Assembly (NCBI RefSeq): GCF_002954445.1
Contig: NZ_MQWA01000001.1
Span: 1,988,733 to 2,052,732, forward strand
Direction of reading: 5' to 3'
Source of the DNA: Rubritalea profundi
Lineage (GTDB): Bacteria > Verrucomicrobiota > Verrucomicrobiia > Verrucomicrobiales > Akkermansiaceae
DNA length: 64,000 nucleotides
The notes under the pieces are model-generated. The model saw nothing but the letters and a program-made list of their open reading frames with translations, made no database searches and was not told the DNA's origin. This document shows, piece after piece, positions 30,264 through 39,869 of this stretch. The translations under genes and the position numbers were made by a program. How positions within the stretch are numbered: the first letter of the stretch is position 1; each line of letters opens with the position of its first letter.

Positions 30264-30935
30264 ATGGCGGAATCTGCTAGAATTTCATCTAGTGTTTTCG
30301 TCGTGAAAGAACTCTTCGAACTCTCATTAAATCCCTGGGTATTACCATTTACAATACTGTTAGCTTTATGCTGCCTCTATTGGTTGTTGGCCTTGTTGGG
30401 CACTGTGGACATGGACTTCATTGAATTTGATTTCGACTCAGATACGGATTTTGATGGAGATGTTGGAAATTCAGGCGGTCTACTTACAAGCTTCCTGAAA
30501 CTGGTAAATGCTACCGATGTGCCATTCATGTTGGTGTTAAGTGTCGTGTCGTTGTGTAAGTGGCTCATCAACATCGCAGCCATACTGTACTGGAACTCTG
30601 ATGGGCTCGTATGGCTGGGGTTGGCAACATGGGTCATCGGCTTTTTTGTGAGCTGCCTTATAGCAGCAGTTCTCACAAAGCCGCTGGTGCCAGTGTTTAA
30701 GGCATTTCGTGCAGGAGAAGATGATGAAGAACCCATCCTAGGGCAATCCGCTACCGTTGTAACATCCCATCTAACTGAAAAATTTGGGCAAGTGCGTGTG
30801 TTACGCGAAAAAGGGGCAACGGCATTGGTCAATAGTAGATTGGCCAGTGGCCAGCCCGTACTCAAAAAAGGTGACATCGTCACGATTATCAGCAGAGACG
30901 AGAAAGATGGCGTCTACATTTGCACACAAATTTAA
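30264..30935 (+). CDS. NfeD/YqiJ-like membrane protein with C-terminal OB-fold beta-barrel
   Basis: 223 aa. Several TM helices, an acidic loop (DFDSDTDFDGD), then a soluble beta-rich tail (GQSATVVTSHLTEKFGQVRVLREKGATALVNSRL...GDIVTIISRDEKDGVYIC). Sits immediately upstream of the flotillin gene, as in yqiJ-yqiK pairs. Confidence 0.6.
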   Translation: MAESARISSSVFVVKELFELSLNPWVLPFTILLALCCLYWLLALLGTVDMDFIEFDFDSDTDFDGDVGNSGGLLTSFLKLVNATDVPFMLVLSVVSLCKWLINIAAILYWNSDGLVWLGLATWVIGFFVSCLIAAVLTKPLVPVFKAFRAGEDDEEPILGQSATVVTSHLTEKFGQVRVLREKGATALVNSRLASGQPVLKKGDIVTIISRDEKDGVYICTQI

Positions 30936-30958
30936 AACAAAAATAAGAACATACTATA

Positions 30959-33043
30959 ATGATAGATACACTGACAAATATAGGGACAATGCATTACTTG
31001 GCATTCGATTTCAGCACTCTACTTGGTGGGGGAGCCATATTCATAGTAGTCCTCGCCGTAGTCGTTTTATGGGTGTTTGCTAACTGTTTCCGTAAAATAG
31101 AAAAAGGCACAGCATTGATTCGTACAGGAATTGGAGAGACTAAAGTAACCTTCACAGGGATGATGGTTTTTCCCGTTGTCCACCGCGCGGAACACATGGA
31201 TATCTCATTGAAGCGCATTGAGATCGACCGGACAGGGAAGAATGGATTGATCTGTAAGGACAACATGCGTGCAGACATCAAGGTTGCGTTCTTCGTTCGT
31301 GTGAACAACGTGAAGGAGGAGGTCATCCGTGTGGCTGAGGCCATCGGCTGTGACCGAGCTTCTTCTGAAACTGAAATTCGTGTGCTTTTTGATGCGAAGT
31401 TTTCCGAAGCACTCAAGACTGTGGGTAAACAGTTTGATTTCATTCAGCTCTACGAAGAGCGTGACACATTCCGTGAAGAAATTCTTAAATGCATCGGTAC
31501 TGATCTCAACGGGTTCGTGCTCGATGATGCTGCGATCGATTACCTAGAGCAAACTCCGATTGAGTCGCTCGACCCTGATAACATTCTTGATGCTGAAGGT
31601 ATTAAGAAAATTACTGAGCTTACAGCAAATCAAGCAAAGCTCTCTAACAATATCCAACGCGATAAAGAAAAAGTCATTAAGCAGCAGGACGTGGAAGCGA
31701 GAGAAGCTATCCTCGAGCTTGAACGTCAACTCGCTGAGACTGAAGCTAAACAGCAACGCGAAGTGCAAGTTGCACAATTCCGTGAGCAAGCAGCATCAGA
31801 TCAGGTGCGTGAAGAAGAGAATCAGAAAGCCGAGCGTGCTCGCATTTCTTCAGAAGAAGAAATTCAAGTCGCTGAAGAGAACAAGCAACGTCAGGTGCTC
31901 GTAGCATTGCGCAATAAAGAGCGTACTGATGCTGTCGAAATTGAGCGTGTCATACGTGAACGTGACCTCGAGATTATCGAGCGCGAGCGTGTCACTGAAC
32001 TCAAATCGATCGAGAAAGAGAAGTTTGTAGAGATCGAGAAGAAGAACATCCAAGAGGTCATCAAAGACCGCGTGGCTCTAGAGAAGACAGTGGTTATCGA
32101 GCAAGAGAAGATCAAGGATACAGAAGCCTTTGCTGGAGCAGACCGTCACAAGCAAGTGACTGTTACTAACGCTGAAGCAGATGCAGCGGATCGACTCATC
32201 CGTGAAGTGAAGGAAGCGGAAGCTCGTAAAGAGGCTGCCATTCTCAAGGCCGACGAAGAAGCCTATGAAGTTCAGAAGTCTGCTGAAGCTAGCAAGCTAG
32301 CGAGTGAGATGAAAGCTGAAGAGCGCATTATCACAGCTGAAGCGGCACTCACAGCATCTGAGAAAGAGGCAAGTGCTAAGAAGATGCTCGCTGAGGCTGT
32401 GACCAAGGAAACTTCTGCTGAAGGCCTCGGCCAGGTAGAGGTGAAGCTTGCAGATGCAGAAGCTCTCAAGCAGCAAGGTGCGGCACAGGCTGAAGTAGAC
32501 GCTCTCAGCTTCGCCGCAGAAGCGAAGGGTATCGAGCAGAAAGCTGCTGCGATGAAGCTCTTTGAAGAAGCTGGTCAGGACCACGAAGAGTTCAAGCTCG
32601 AGCTTGATAAGCAGAAGATCATCGAACTTGCCGAGATCGATGTCCAACGCCAGGTAGCAGAGCAGCAAGCTGTGGTTATCGGTGAAGCTCTCAAGCAGGC
32701 TAAGATCGACATCGTCGGTGGTGATTCAGCATTCTTTGACCAGATCACCAGTGCGGTGACGAAGGGCAAAGTCGCTGACCGCATCGTCAATAACTCTAAG
32801 GTTATTACAGACGTGAAGGAGACATTCTTCAATGGTGACCCAGAATACTTCAAGAGTCAGATCAGTAGCTGGATTGAGCAATTCGGTATCGAAACTGAAG
32901 ACGTCAAGAACCTAACCGTCAGTGCATTGTTAGGGAAGATGATCCCACAAGCCGACGGTGAAACCCGCGGAAAGCTAGTCGGGCTCCTAGGAGCAGCAGA
33001 ACGCTTCGGCCTCACCAACTCACCAGCCTCAAAATTCCTCTAA
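30959..33043 (+). CDS. Flotillin-like SPFH/Band-7 domain protein (YqiK-like) with a long E/A/K-rich coiled coil
   Basis: 694 aa. N-terminal TM helix, SPFH domain (TFTGMMVFPVVHRAEHMDISLKRIEI...), then about 350 aa of heptad-like EA-rich repeats. Confidence 0.8.
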   Translation: MIDTLTNIGTMHYLAFDFSTLLGGGAIFIVVLAVVVLWVFANCFRKIEKGTALIRTGIGETKVTFTGMMVFPVVHRAEHMDISLKRIEIDRTGKNGLICKDNMRADIKVAFFVRVNNVKEEVIRVAEAIGCDRASSETEIRVLFDAKFSEALKTVGKQFDFIQLYEERDTFREEILKCIGTDLNGFVLDDAAIDYLEQTPIESLDPDNILDAEGIKKITELTANQAKLSNNIQRDKEKVIKQQDVEAREAILELERQLAETEAKQQREVQVAQFREQAASDQVREEENQKAERARISSEEEIQVAEENKQRQVLVALRNKERTDAVEIERVIRERDLEIIERERVTELKSIEKEKFVEIEKKNIQEVIKDRVALEKTVVIEQEKIKDTEAFAGADRHKQVTVTNAEADAADRLIREVKEAEARKEAAILKADEEAYEVQKSAEASKLASEMKAEERIITAEAALTASEKEASAKKMLAEAVTKETSAEGLGQVEVKLADAEALKQQGAAQAEVDALSFAAEAKGIEQKAAAMKLFEEAGQDHEEFKLELDKQKIIELAEIDVQRQVAEQQAVVIGEALKQAKIDIVGGDSAFFDQITSAVTKGKVADRIVNNSKVITDVKETFFNGDPEYFKSQISSWIEQFGIETEDVKNLTVSALLGKMIPQADGETRGKLVGLLGAAERFGLTNSPASKFL

Positions 33044-33097
33044 GTAGAGGAAATAGGAGAACCACAGACTACACGGAAAACACAGAAAGCCTGCTAA

Positions 33098-33472
33098 ATG
33101 GAATTTTTATATAAAGATGAAAGTTACGCAGTCCTAAGTGCAGTTTTCGAAGTGTATAAAGACAAGGGCTGTGGTTTTCTTGAGGCTGTATATCAAGAGT
33201 GTTTGGAGATCGAGCTGAGGGATCAAAAAATCCCTGCGGTTTCCAAACCTAAACTTGAATTAGAGTATAAAGGGCACCGCCTTCGCAAAATGTATGAGCC
33301 GGATCTGATCTGCTACGGCAAAATTATATTGGAGCTAAAGGCATGTAAATCGATTGACTCCGCCCACATCGCCCAACTTCACAATTATCTTAAAGCTACG
33401 GGTATGAGAGTGGGTTACGTGATTAACTTTGGGAGTTATCCCAAAGCGTCTTTCCAAAGAGTAATCGTATAA
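33098..33472 (+). CDS. GxxExxY family protein (PD-(D/E)xK nuclease-like fold)
   Basis: 124 aa. Contains the family pattern ...VLSAVFEVYKDKGCGFLEAVYQECLEIEL...YEPDLICYGKIILELKA. Confidence 0.7.
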   Translation: MEFLYKDESYAVLSAVFEVYKDKGCGFLEAVYQECLEIELRDQKIPAVSKPKLELEYKGHRLRKMYEPDLICYGKIILELKACKSIDSAHIAQLHNYLKATGMRVGYVINFGSYPKASFQRVIV

Positions 33473-33488
33473 ATTTCAAAAGCTTTCC

Positions 33489-36400
33489 GTGGATTCTGTG
33501 TGGTCTGTGGTTAAAAAAAAGATGTCAGAAGATAATAAACAGTTAGAAGGTGGAGCTTACGAAGTGATTCGGGCTCGCTTGGAGAAGCAGTCGGTCGAAC
33601 TTCGTTCACGCTTGGATGCGTTGAACGTGGAGCGGAAGGAAATCTTTGGTGCCGTCGAGTCGTCCCTTGTGTCGACCGAGCGTGTCACCACTGAGCACAA
33701 CTGCGTGCCGCGAGATCTCATAGCGATCGGTAAAAATCGCTTCCTATTCGGATACAATATCCAATTTGGACTGAAGCAGACTACAGATCTCGCAGATGTC
33801 TTTGCTGTCTATCAATACGACCCATCTGATCATAGTTTTACTAAACTATCTATCGATGAGGTAATCGACGATAGCGAGTTTGCGACTGATTTCGCCTACC
33901 TTTACAAGTACTACAAGCAAACGATCTTTGCGAAGTTCATGCACATCGGACCGAATGTGTATATCGCATTACGCGTCGGCAAGGACATCACAGACGTAAA
34001 GACCTTCAAGTTTGTCATCAATGGTGACGGCTCGCTGAAGTATATGGGCAACCGTTTTGATTACGAATACGTTTTCCCTGATCAACATGGCTTTAGCTGG
34101 GTGCGGGTAAATCGCGACATGCACCGCGGTGGTGAGCATCCGCATATTTCTATCGAAGATAAAGTTTTCGTGGAAACTGTGGGAGGTGACCTAACAGTTA
34201 AAATCGAAGATAATACAGCGGATGGCAAAGGTATCTATGCGGAGGAGGTAGTCGACCAGGACCAAACCCTCGATGACGCGGAGATTTCCTATGCGATTGT
34301 TGGGCCGCTTATCATTCTTAAAATTCTTCCTTACCGTGAGAAGAACTACCGTTACCTCGTTTTCAATGAGAAGAACCAATCGGTTGACAGGATCGATGCG
34401 ATTGGTGAGTCCTGTGTGTTGCTGCCAGAAGACCATGGCATCATCTTTGCCAATGGTTACTACCTGCTCAGTGGCGAACTCAAGACATTCGATCATGGAC
34501 TTGAGCATATGCGTTTCGAGCGCAAGATTTCCTCAGCCAATGGTGAGGACACACTCTTTGCGTTCTACAATCGTACCAGCGGTGACTACGCCTTACTCAA
34601 CTACAACTTAATCGAGCAAACCGTAGAAACTCCAGTGGTCTGTAATGGCTACTCGGTCTTCGACAATGGTGAGCTGATCTATTTTAAGACCGAGGACGAG
34701 GCGCAGAAGCACCACACCCTCCAAGTCTGGCAAACTCCCATTCTCTCTGCAGATGCCGTCGCATCGCAAGAGTTGGATAAAGGAAGTTATCTCTATAAAA
34801 TTGGTAATGCCGAGCTGGTTTCCGCAATGGCGGAGAGTAAAGAACTTCTGACGCTGTTAGATAAAGAAGATAACTATGCCGGTCTCTATATCGACCTAGT
34901 GAAGCAAGCGACAGTCTTGCTGGATAGTTATTTCTGGATCTCTAATGAGGCGACCAAGAATCTCGCCGAACCACTTGAAGGAATCCAACAAGCGGCGAAT
35001 AGTGCGATTGAAGAATTTGAGAAAGTTCAACGTCTGAGGAAGAATTCGGCGGAACGAATCAAGGATGTCGCTGCGCGCTGCGAGCGTCTATTACGCGATG
35101 CCGAGCACAGTCCACCAGACGACATTGTCGGTTTTGTGAAGCAACTTGCTGGCCTACGCACCATCCGTGGTGAAGTCATTGGGCTGCGCGAAATGCGCTA
35201 CATGGATCTCGCTCGGGTAGAGGAACTAGAGCAGGGGATTATTGCAGCCACTGAGATTGTCTCAGGAAAGACGGTGAGCTTCCTACTTCTCCCCGAGGCG
35301 CTCGATCCCTACAGAGCGCGTGTTGGTGAGCAACGCAAAATTCTAGCATCCCTCACAAAGGTGACTGAGGCCGATGACCTAGGTGAAGAAATTTCTGATG
35401 CGGGCAAAGAGCTAGAGATGTTGATCGATGTGGTGTCCAACCTCAAGATCGAGGATTCCACTCAGACCACTGCTATCATCGAAAGTATCTCGGCTATCTA
35501 TTCCACGCTCAATGGAGTCAAAGCTGAGCTTAAAAATAAGCGTAAAGAGCTCTCGCGCTCCGAGGGTGTTGCCCAGTTTGGGGCGCAGATGAATCTTCTT
35601 AGCCAGGCAGTGGTCAACTACCTTGACCTTTGCGATACCGCTGAAAAGACCGACGGTTACCTCACCAAGGTGATGGTGCAGATCGAAGAGCTTGAAGGAC
35701 GTTTCGCCGAGTTCGATGAATATGTAGAGGAACTCACGACCAAACGTGAAGAAGTCTACAATGCTTTTGATGGACGCAAGCAACAGCTGCTAGAAGTTAA
35801 GAGTAAACGCGCTAACAGGTTGATAAAGTCGGCTGAGCGCATCCTCAGCGGAATTTCGAACAGAGCTTCTGGGTTTAAAGAAATCAACGAGATCAATGGC
35901 TACTTCGCTGGCGATCTGATGATCGAGAAGGTTCGTGATATCATCGACGAGCTCATCGATCTCGGAGATAGTGTTAAAGGCGATGACATTCAGACTCGTC
36001 TTAAGACAGTCCGTGAAGATGCAGTCCGAGCTCTCAAGGATCGCAATGAACTCTACGTCGATGGTAAAGATGTCATCCAGTTCGGTAAAAATAAATTCAA
36101 CGTAAACACTCAGGAACTAGAGCTGACGGTGTTGCCACAGGATGGGGTGATGAATTTCCACCTCAGTGGTACGGATTTCTTTGAGGAAATTTGCGATCCA
36201 GAATTTCTCGCGACAAAAGATGTCTGGAACCAAGAAGTCATTTCTGAAAACAAAGCAGTCTACCGAGCTGAATACTTAGTGAAGCAACTTCTCGATTCAG
36301 ATCGAGGGCGAGAGCTGGCTAAGCAACCAGAGAGCTGGGTCGCCGACTTGTTACTGCAAACCGTGCAAGAATTCATGCAGCCTCGCTATGCGGAGAGCTA

Positions 36401-38639
36401 TACCAAAGGTGTGCATGATAACGATGCAGCTAGGCTGTTAGCTGCTATTTTACCGATCCACACCGGGATTGGTCTGCTGCGCTTCGATGCGCGCGATCGA
36501 GCACTAGCGATGCTTTTCTGGATTGCTTGGGAAGGTGAGAACAAGGAATTGCTCGCGGGTAAAATCCGGGCTCACGCCAAGCGCAGAGAAATATTTGGGA
36601 TCAATCAGGATGAACAACACGCCTTGGTCAACGAACTCGTCGGCCAGTTAAATACTTGGTCTGGGGTGACTCTAGTTGCTGAGGCTAGAGCTGAAGACGC
36701 AGCTGCTTACCTGTTTGAAGAACTTTCAAATGGTGAGGCCTTTGTTGTCTCTCCCGAAGCTGCGGAGCTAGTGAAGAAATTCAAGCACAGCCTCACCGTT
36801 AAGCACGCAGAGAAGTCCTATGAGGAAACTTTACTAGCTGATGCTGTGGCTAATTACCAAATCAACCAGGACTGGTTAGCTGGCTTCCTGTCGAATAGTC
36901 AGGAGCAGGATGACGCAGGAACTGTCGTTGCTAAATCAGTAGTAGCAGAGGCTGCAGCTCATCTCACTCGGGGAGGCTTTGACCAGCGCGATGTGAAAAA
37001 CGTGCGCGTCTCAGCTGAGGTTTCTGGAATGATTGGTGACCACAAGGTCATTTCTAACGGAGCCTACCAGCTGGATTACAATCAATTCTCCGAGCGCTTA
37101 TCATTGTTCGAGCGAGAGGTCGCCCCCACCTTTGCTTCGTATCAAAAACTCAAGCAAGAGCTAGTGGAGGAAAAGCGTCAGACGATGCGTCTCGATGAGT
37201 TCAAGCCGAAGGTGATGAGCTCGTTTGTTCGCAACAAACTTCTCAATAACGTATTCCTTCCATTGGTCGGAGACAATCTGGCCAAGCAAATAGGAACAGC
37301 CGGCAAGGACACCCGTACCGACCGCATGGGCTTGCTCTTGCTTATCTCACCTCCAGGTTATGGTAAAACAACCCTGATGGAGTACGTGGCGAACAGACTG
37401 GGGCTGACCTTCATGAAGATCAATGGTCCAGCATTGGGCCACAATGTGGTCTCGCTCGATCCATCTGAAGCTCCTAACGCCACCGCTGCAGAAGAAGTGA
37501 AGAAGCTCAACTTGGCTTTGGAGATGGGAGACAATGTCATGATTTACCTCGATGACATCCAGCACACACATTCTGAGTTTTTGCAAAAATTCATCTCACT
37601 CTGTGATGGTCAACGTAAGATCGAAGGAGTCTACAAGGGCGTTGCTAGAACCTACGACCTTCGTGGTAAGAAAGTCGCTGTCGTGATGGCGGGTAACCCA
37701 TACACCGAGACTGGTGGTAAGTTCCAGATCCCTGACATGTTAGCGAACCGTGCCGACACCTATAACCTAGGTGACATCATCGGCGGTCATGCCGAAGACT
37801 TCAAAGGTTCCTACATCGAGAACTCGCTCACTTCTAACACCATCTTGAGTAAGCTCTCTAGTAGAAGCCAGAAGGACGTCTACGCCGTCATGCAGATTGC
37901 CCGTACTGACAGCCAAGAAGGTGTCGACTTCGAGGGCAACTACACACCAGAGGAGATCGGTGAGATGGTGCGCGTGACCAAGCACCTCTATAGGGTACGA
38001 GATTCTATTCTCCGTGTGAATCTCGAGTACATACGCTCGGCTGCGCAGGAAGACGCCTATCGTACTGAGCCAGCATTCAAGCTCCAAGGGTCCTACCGAA
38101 ACATGAACCGCATCGCCGAAAAGGTATTGCCGCTGATGACTGAGAAGGAGGTCGAGGGGCTAGTGGTCGATCACTACGAGAACGAATCTCAGACACTCAC
38201 TAAGGGAGCAGAATCTAACATCCTAAAGTTCCGTGAAATGGAGAATCTCCTCACTGAGGAGGAGACCGAAAGATGGGATGATATAAAGAAAGGCTTTTCT
38301 AAGAACCTCTTGTTAGGAGCTGCTGGTGGTGACAACGATCCGGTCGCCAGAATCGTAGCTCAGCTCACTCAGTTCAACGATGGACTCGACTCTATCAAGG
38401 ACGGCATTGTCCAAGCCTCGACCCACTACGCCGAGCCACAAAGCCTTGGAGAAACTACGATTAGCCATCTAGAAAAAATCATCGCCGGCCTCCGTGCTGT
38501 GCCAGTCGAGGTCGACATCAAAATCGTCCCCGTCGAAGACGTCGATGGAGATGGCCAAAACGATGGTAAGATCTCGGGCATCGAAAAGAGCAAGAAATCT
38601 CCAATAGATATCCAGCCTGAAGTCCGGCAAGGCGAGTGA
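33489..38639 (+). CDS. Giant (1716 aa) uncharacterised protein with a single C-terminal RarA/clamp-loader-like AAA+ ATPase module
   Basis: Uninterrupted 5.15-kb ORF. Walker A is LLLISPPGYGKTTLMEY (nt ~37340-37390). Walker B/sensor is VMIYLDDIQHTHSEF (nt ~37540-37585), followed by AVVMAGNPYTE (compare RarA TTENPYF). The upstream ~1280 aa has no assignable domain, with beta-rich N-terminal ~450 aa followed by a long helical, coiled-coil-like middle. Confidence 0.7.
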   Translation: MDSVWSVVKKKMSEDNKQLEGGAYEVIRARLEKQSVELRSRLDALNVERKEIFGAVESSLVSTERVTTEHNCVPRDLIAIGKNRFLFGYNIQFGLKQTTDLADVFAVYQYDPSDHSFTKLSIDEVIDDSEFATDFAYLYKYYKQTIFAKFMHIGPNVYIALRVGKDITDVKTFKFVINGDGSLKYMGNRFDYEYVFPDQHGFSWVRVNRDMHRGGEHPHISIEDKVFVETVGGDLTVKIEDNTADGKGIYAEEVVDQDQTLDDAEISYAIVGPLIILKILPYREKNYRYLVFNEKNQSVDRIDAIGESCVLLPEDHGIIFANGYYLLSGELKTFDHGLEHMRFERKISSANGEDTLFAFYNRTSGDYALLNYNLIEQTVETPVVCNGYSVFDNGELIYFKTEDEAQKHHTLQVWQTPILSADAVASQELDKGSYLYKIGNAELVSAMAESKELLTLLDKEDNYAGLYIDLVKQATVLLDSYFWISNEATKNLAEPLEGIQQAANSAIEEFEKVQRLRKNSAERIKDVAARCERLLRDAEHSPPDDIVGFVKQLAGLRTIRGEVIGLREMRYMDLARVEELEQGIIAATEIVSGKTVSFLLLPEALDPYRARVGEQRKILASLTKVTEADDLGEEISDAGKELEMLIDVVSNLKIEDSTQTTAIIESISAIYSTLNGVKAELKNKRKELSRSEGVAQFGAQMNLLSQAVVNYLDLCDTAEKTDGYLTKVMVQIEELEGRFAEFDEYVEELTTKREEVYNAFDGRKQQLLEVKSKRANRLIKSAERILSGISNRASGFKEINEINGYFAGDLMIEKVRDIIDELIDLGDSVKGDDIQTRLKTVREDAVRALKDRNELYVDGKDVIQFGKNKFNVNTQELELTVLPQDGVMNFHLSGTDFFEEICDPEFLATKDVWNQEVISENKAVYRAEYLVKQLLDSDRGRELAKQPESWVADLLLQTVQEFMQPRYAESYTKGVHDNDAARLLAAILPIHTGIGLLRFDARDRALAMLFWIAWEGENKELLAGKIRAHAKRREIFGINQDEQHALVNELVGQLNTWSGVTLVAEARAEDAAAYLFEELSNGEAFVVSPEAAELVKKFKHSLTVKHAEKSYEETLLADAVANYQINQDWLAGFLSNSQEQDDAGTVVAKSVVAEAAAHLTRGGFDQRDVKNVRVSAEVSGMIGDHKVISNGAYQLDYNQFSERLSLFEREVAPTFASYQKLKQELVEEKRQTMRLDEFKPKVMSSFVRNKLLNNVFLPLVGDNLAKQIGTAGKDTRTDRMGLLLLISPPGYGKTTLMEYVANRLGLTFMKINGPALGHNVVSLDPSEAPNATAAEEVKKLNLALEMGDNVMIYLDDIQHTHSEFLQKFISLCDGQRKIEGVYKGVARTYDLRGKKVAVVMAGNPYTETGGKFQIPDMLANRADTYNLGDIIGGHAEDFKGSYIENSLTSNTILSKLSSRSQKDVYAVMQIARTDSQEGVDFEGNYTPEEIGEMVRVTKHLYRVRDSILRVNLEYIRSAAQEDAYRTEPAFKLQGSYRNMNRIAEKVLPLMTEKEVEGLVVDHYENESQTLTKGAESNILKFREMENLLTEEETERWDDIKKGFSKNLLLGAAGGDNDPVARIVAQLTQFNDGLDSIKDGIVQASTHYAEPQSLGETTISHLEKIIAGLRAVPVEVDIKIVPVEDVDGDGQNDGKISGIEKSKKSPIDIQPEVRQGE

Positions 38640-38805
38640 TCTACGTCAGCATGCTGATGAACTGCACCATACCAGCTAGACGTGCGATTCTTTATCGAGT
38701 CATTTTTGCACGTTACAGGGTGGGATTAGACATTTACGGGGTGACGCGGTCACCACTCAAATCAATACTCGGGCGATATCTCCATGTAGTCAGATTTATA
38801 CTCGT

Positions 38806-39225
38806 CCCTCACACTACACGACAAAAATTTAAGTACTGGATTCTACAATCAATGTGATCGCTCAGTGTGATCGCTCAGTGTGACAAAACCTTGGAGTGCT
38901 GAGGCTTGACGCAGCTCTGGTGAGGCTGTGGCTTGACACATGGGTAGGAGGTTTTCGGCTTTCCGTGTTCAGTGTTCCGACCGATAGGGTGAAGCCTGTT
39001 GCTGATTGTGTGGTCTGAGAGTTAGGGGAGTGGTTATATTCTGGGTGGTCCTGCCACCGCGCGCGTCAAGCCGCCCCAGCCACAGAGCTGTGTCAAGCCC
39101 CAGCACTCCAAGGGAGAAAGTGTTATTGACTCTGGTATGATGAACTTTGATGCATCAGATACCCATTTTGATAATTTTGAGAAATTCTGGTAATTCTGTA
39201 TGAAAAATTGTCGTGTAGTGTGAGC
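38806..39225. repeat. About 420-bp element with nested inverted repeats (MITE-like or structured ncRNA) in the 670-bp intergenic gap
   Basis: Outer 17-bp perfect inverted repeat: ctcacactacacgacaa (38807-38823) against ttgtcgtgtagtgtgag (39209-39225). Inner imperfect ~50-bp inverted repeat: ccttggagtgctgaggcttgacgcagctctggtgaggctgtggcttgacac (38889-38939) against gcgtcaagccgccccagccacagagctgtgtcaagccccagcactccaagg (39063-39113). There is also a 13-bp tandem duplication gtgatcgctcagt x2 (38863-38888). Confidence 0.45.
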
Positions 39226-39311
39226 GTCGACACGAAATCCCCCATTAAGTTTTACGATGGGCAGCAGCCCGCCCCAGTTACCCGTACGTTCGTTTGTTAG
39301 GGCTAAATAAC

Positions 39312-39674
39312 TTACCGACGAAATCCGTATTCTAATACAAAGAACTGCGGATTTAACTCAGCCAATGGACTACGAAGTTTCGCAAGTTCTTCTTCGGGGC
39401 CATGAACTTCTAGTCTGGTAAGTTCAGAAATATTTAATGCTTCTCCTAATAAGGAACCAACATTCTCTAGATGAGATAATACTCCTTCTGCATCCTGATA
39501 TCCCTCACGGCAATGCGCCAAATCCCCAGAAAAGCTGAACCCATAAAATAAGCACTTAGATTCTTCATTAGTAGCCTCAACAAACATTTCACAAAGTTCT
39601 TTGAATTCACCTAATTTACCTTCTGTTACTTTAAAGTAGGGCACTAGGGTGCAGCATTTGTCTGTTGTAGCCAT
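39312..39674 (-). CDS. ABM (antibiotic-biosynthesis-monooxygenase-like) ferredoxin-fold domain protein
   Basis: 120 aa. The pattern EGKLGEFKELCEMFVEATNEESKCLFYGFSFSGDLAHCREGYQDAEGVLSHL matches the ABM-domain consensus (E.G.L.Y.F......RE.Y.D.EA...H). The local sequence is AT-rich. Confidence 0.5.
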   Translation of the reverse strand: MATTDKCCTLVPYFKVTEGKLGEFKELCEMFVEATNEESKCLFYGFSFSGDLAHCREGYQDAEGVLSHLENVGSLLGEALNISELTRLEVHGPEEELAKLRSPLAELNPQFFVLEYGFRR

Positions 39675-39869
39675 GAAATATTCCTTTGGCTTGATGATTT
39701 TAATAAATGCCTAACGTTTTAGCGCAGCAATTAGCTACCGTTAGTCTAACTTGCTAGGCCTGAAATTTAGCTAATATAATGAAACTGTAAAACTAAAAAT
39801 CGACGTGATAGTCGTCCCGTTTTTCTACGTTCTCGTCAGCAAAGGCGTGAAGCCCATAAAAAATTAGCA

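Noticed and set aside
31544-32853. Multiple antisense or alternate-frame ORFs (65-123 aa) within the flotillin gene
   Set aside because: They are generated by the repetitive GAA/GCT-rich coiled-coil coding sequence. The plus-frame 694-aa protein explains the region.
38636-38857. 73-aa ORF immediately after the giant gene
   Set aside because: It lies across the terminal inverted repeat of the nested-IR element and has no coding-like periodicity. It is treated as non-coding.
38863-38888. Possible CRISPR array, suggested by the gtgatcgctcagt direct repeat
   Set aside because: There are only two contiguous 13-bp copies with no spacers and no cas genes. It is a simple tandem duplication, not CRISPR.
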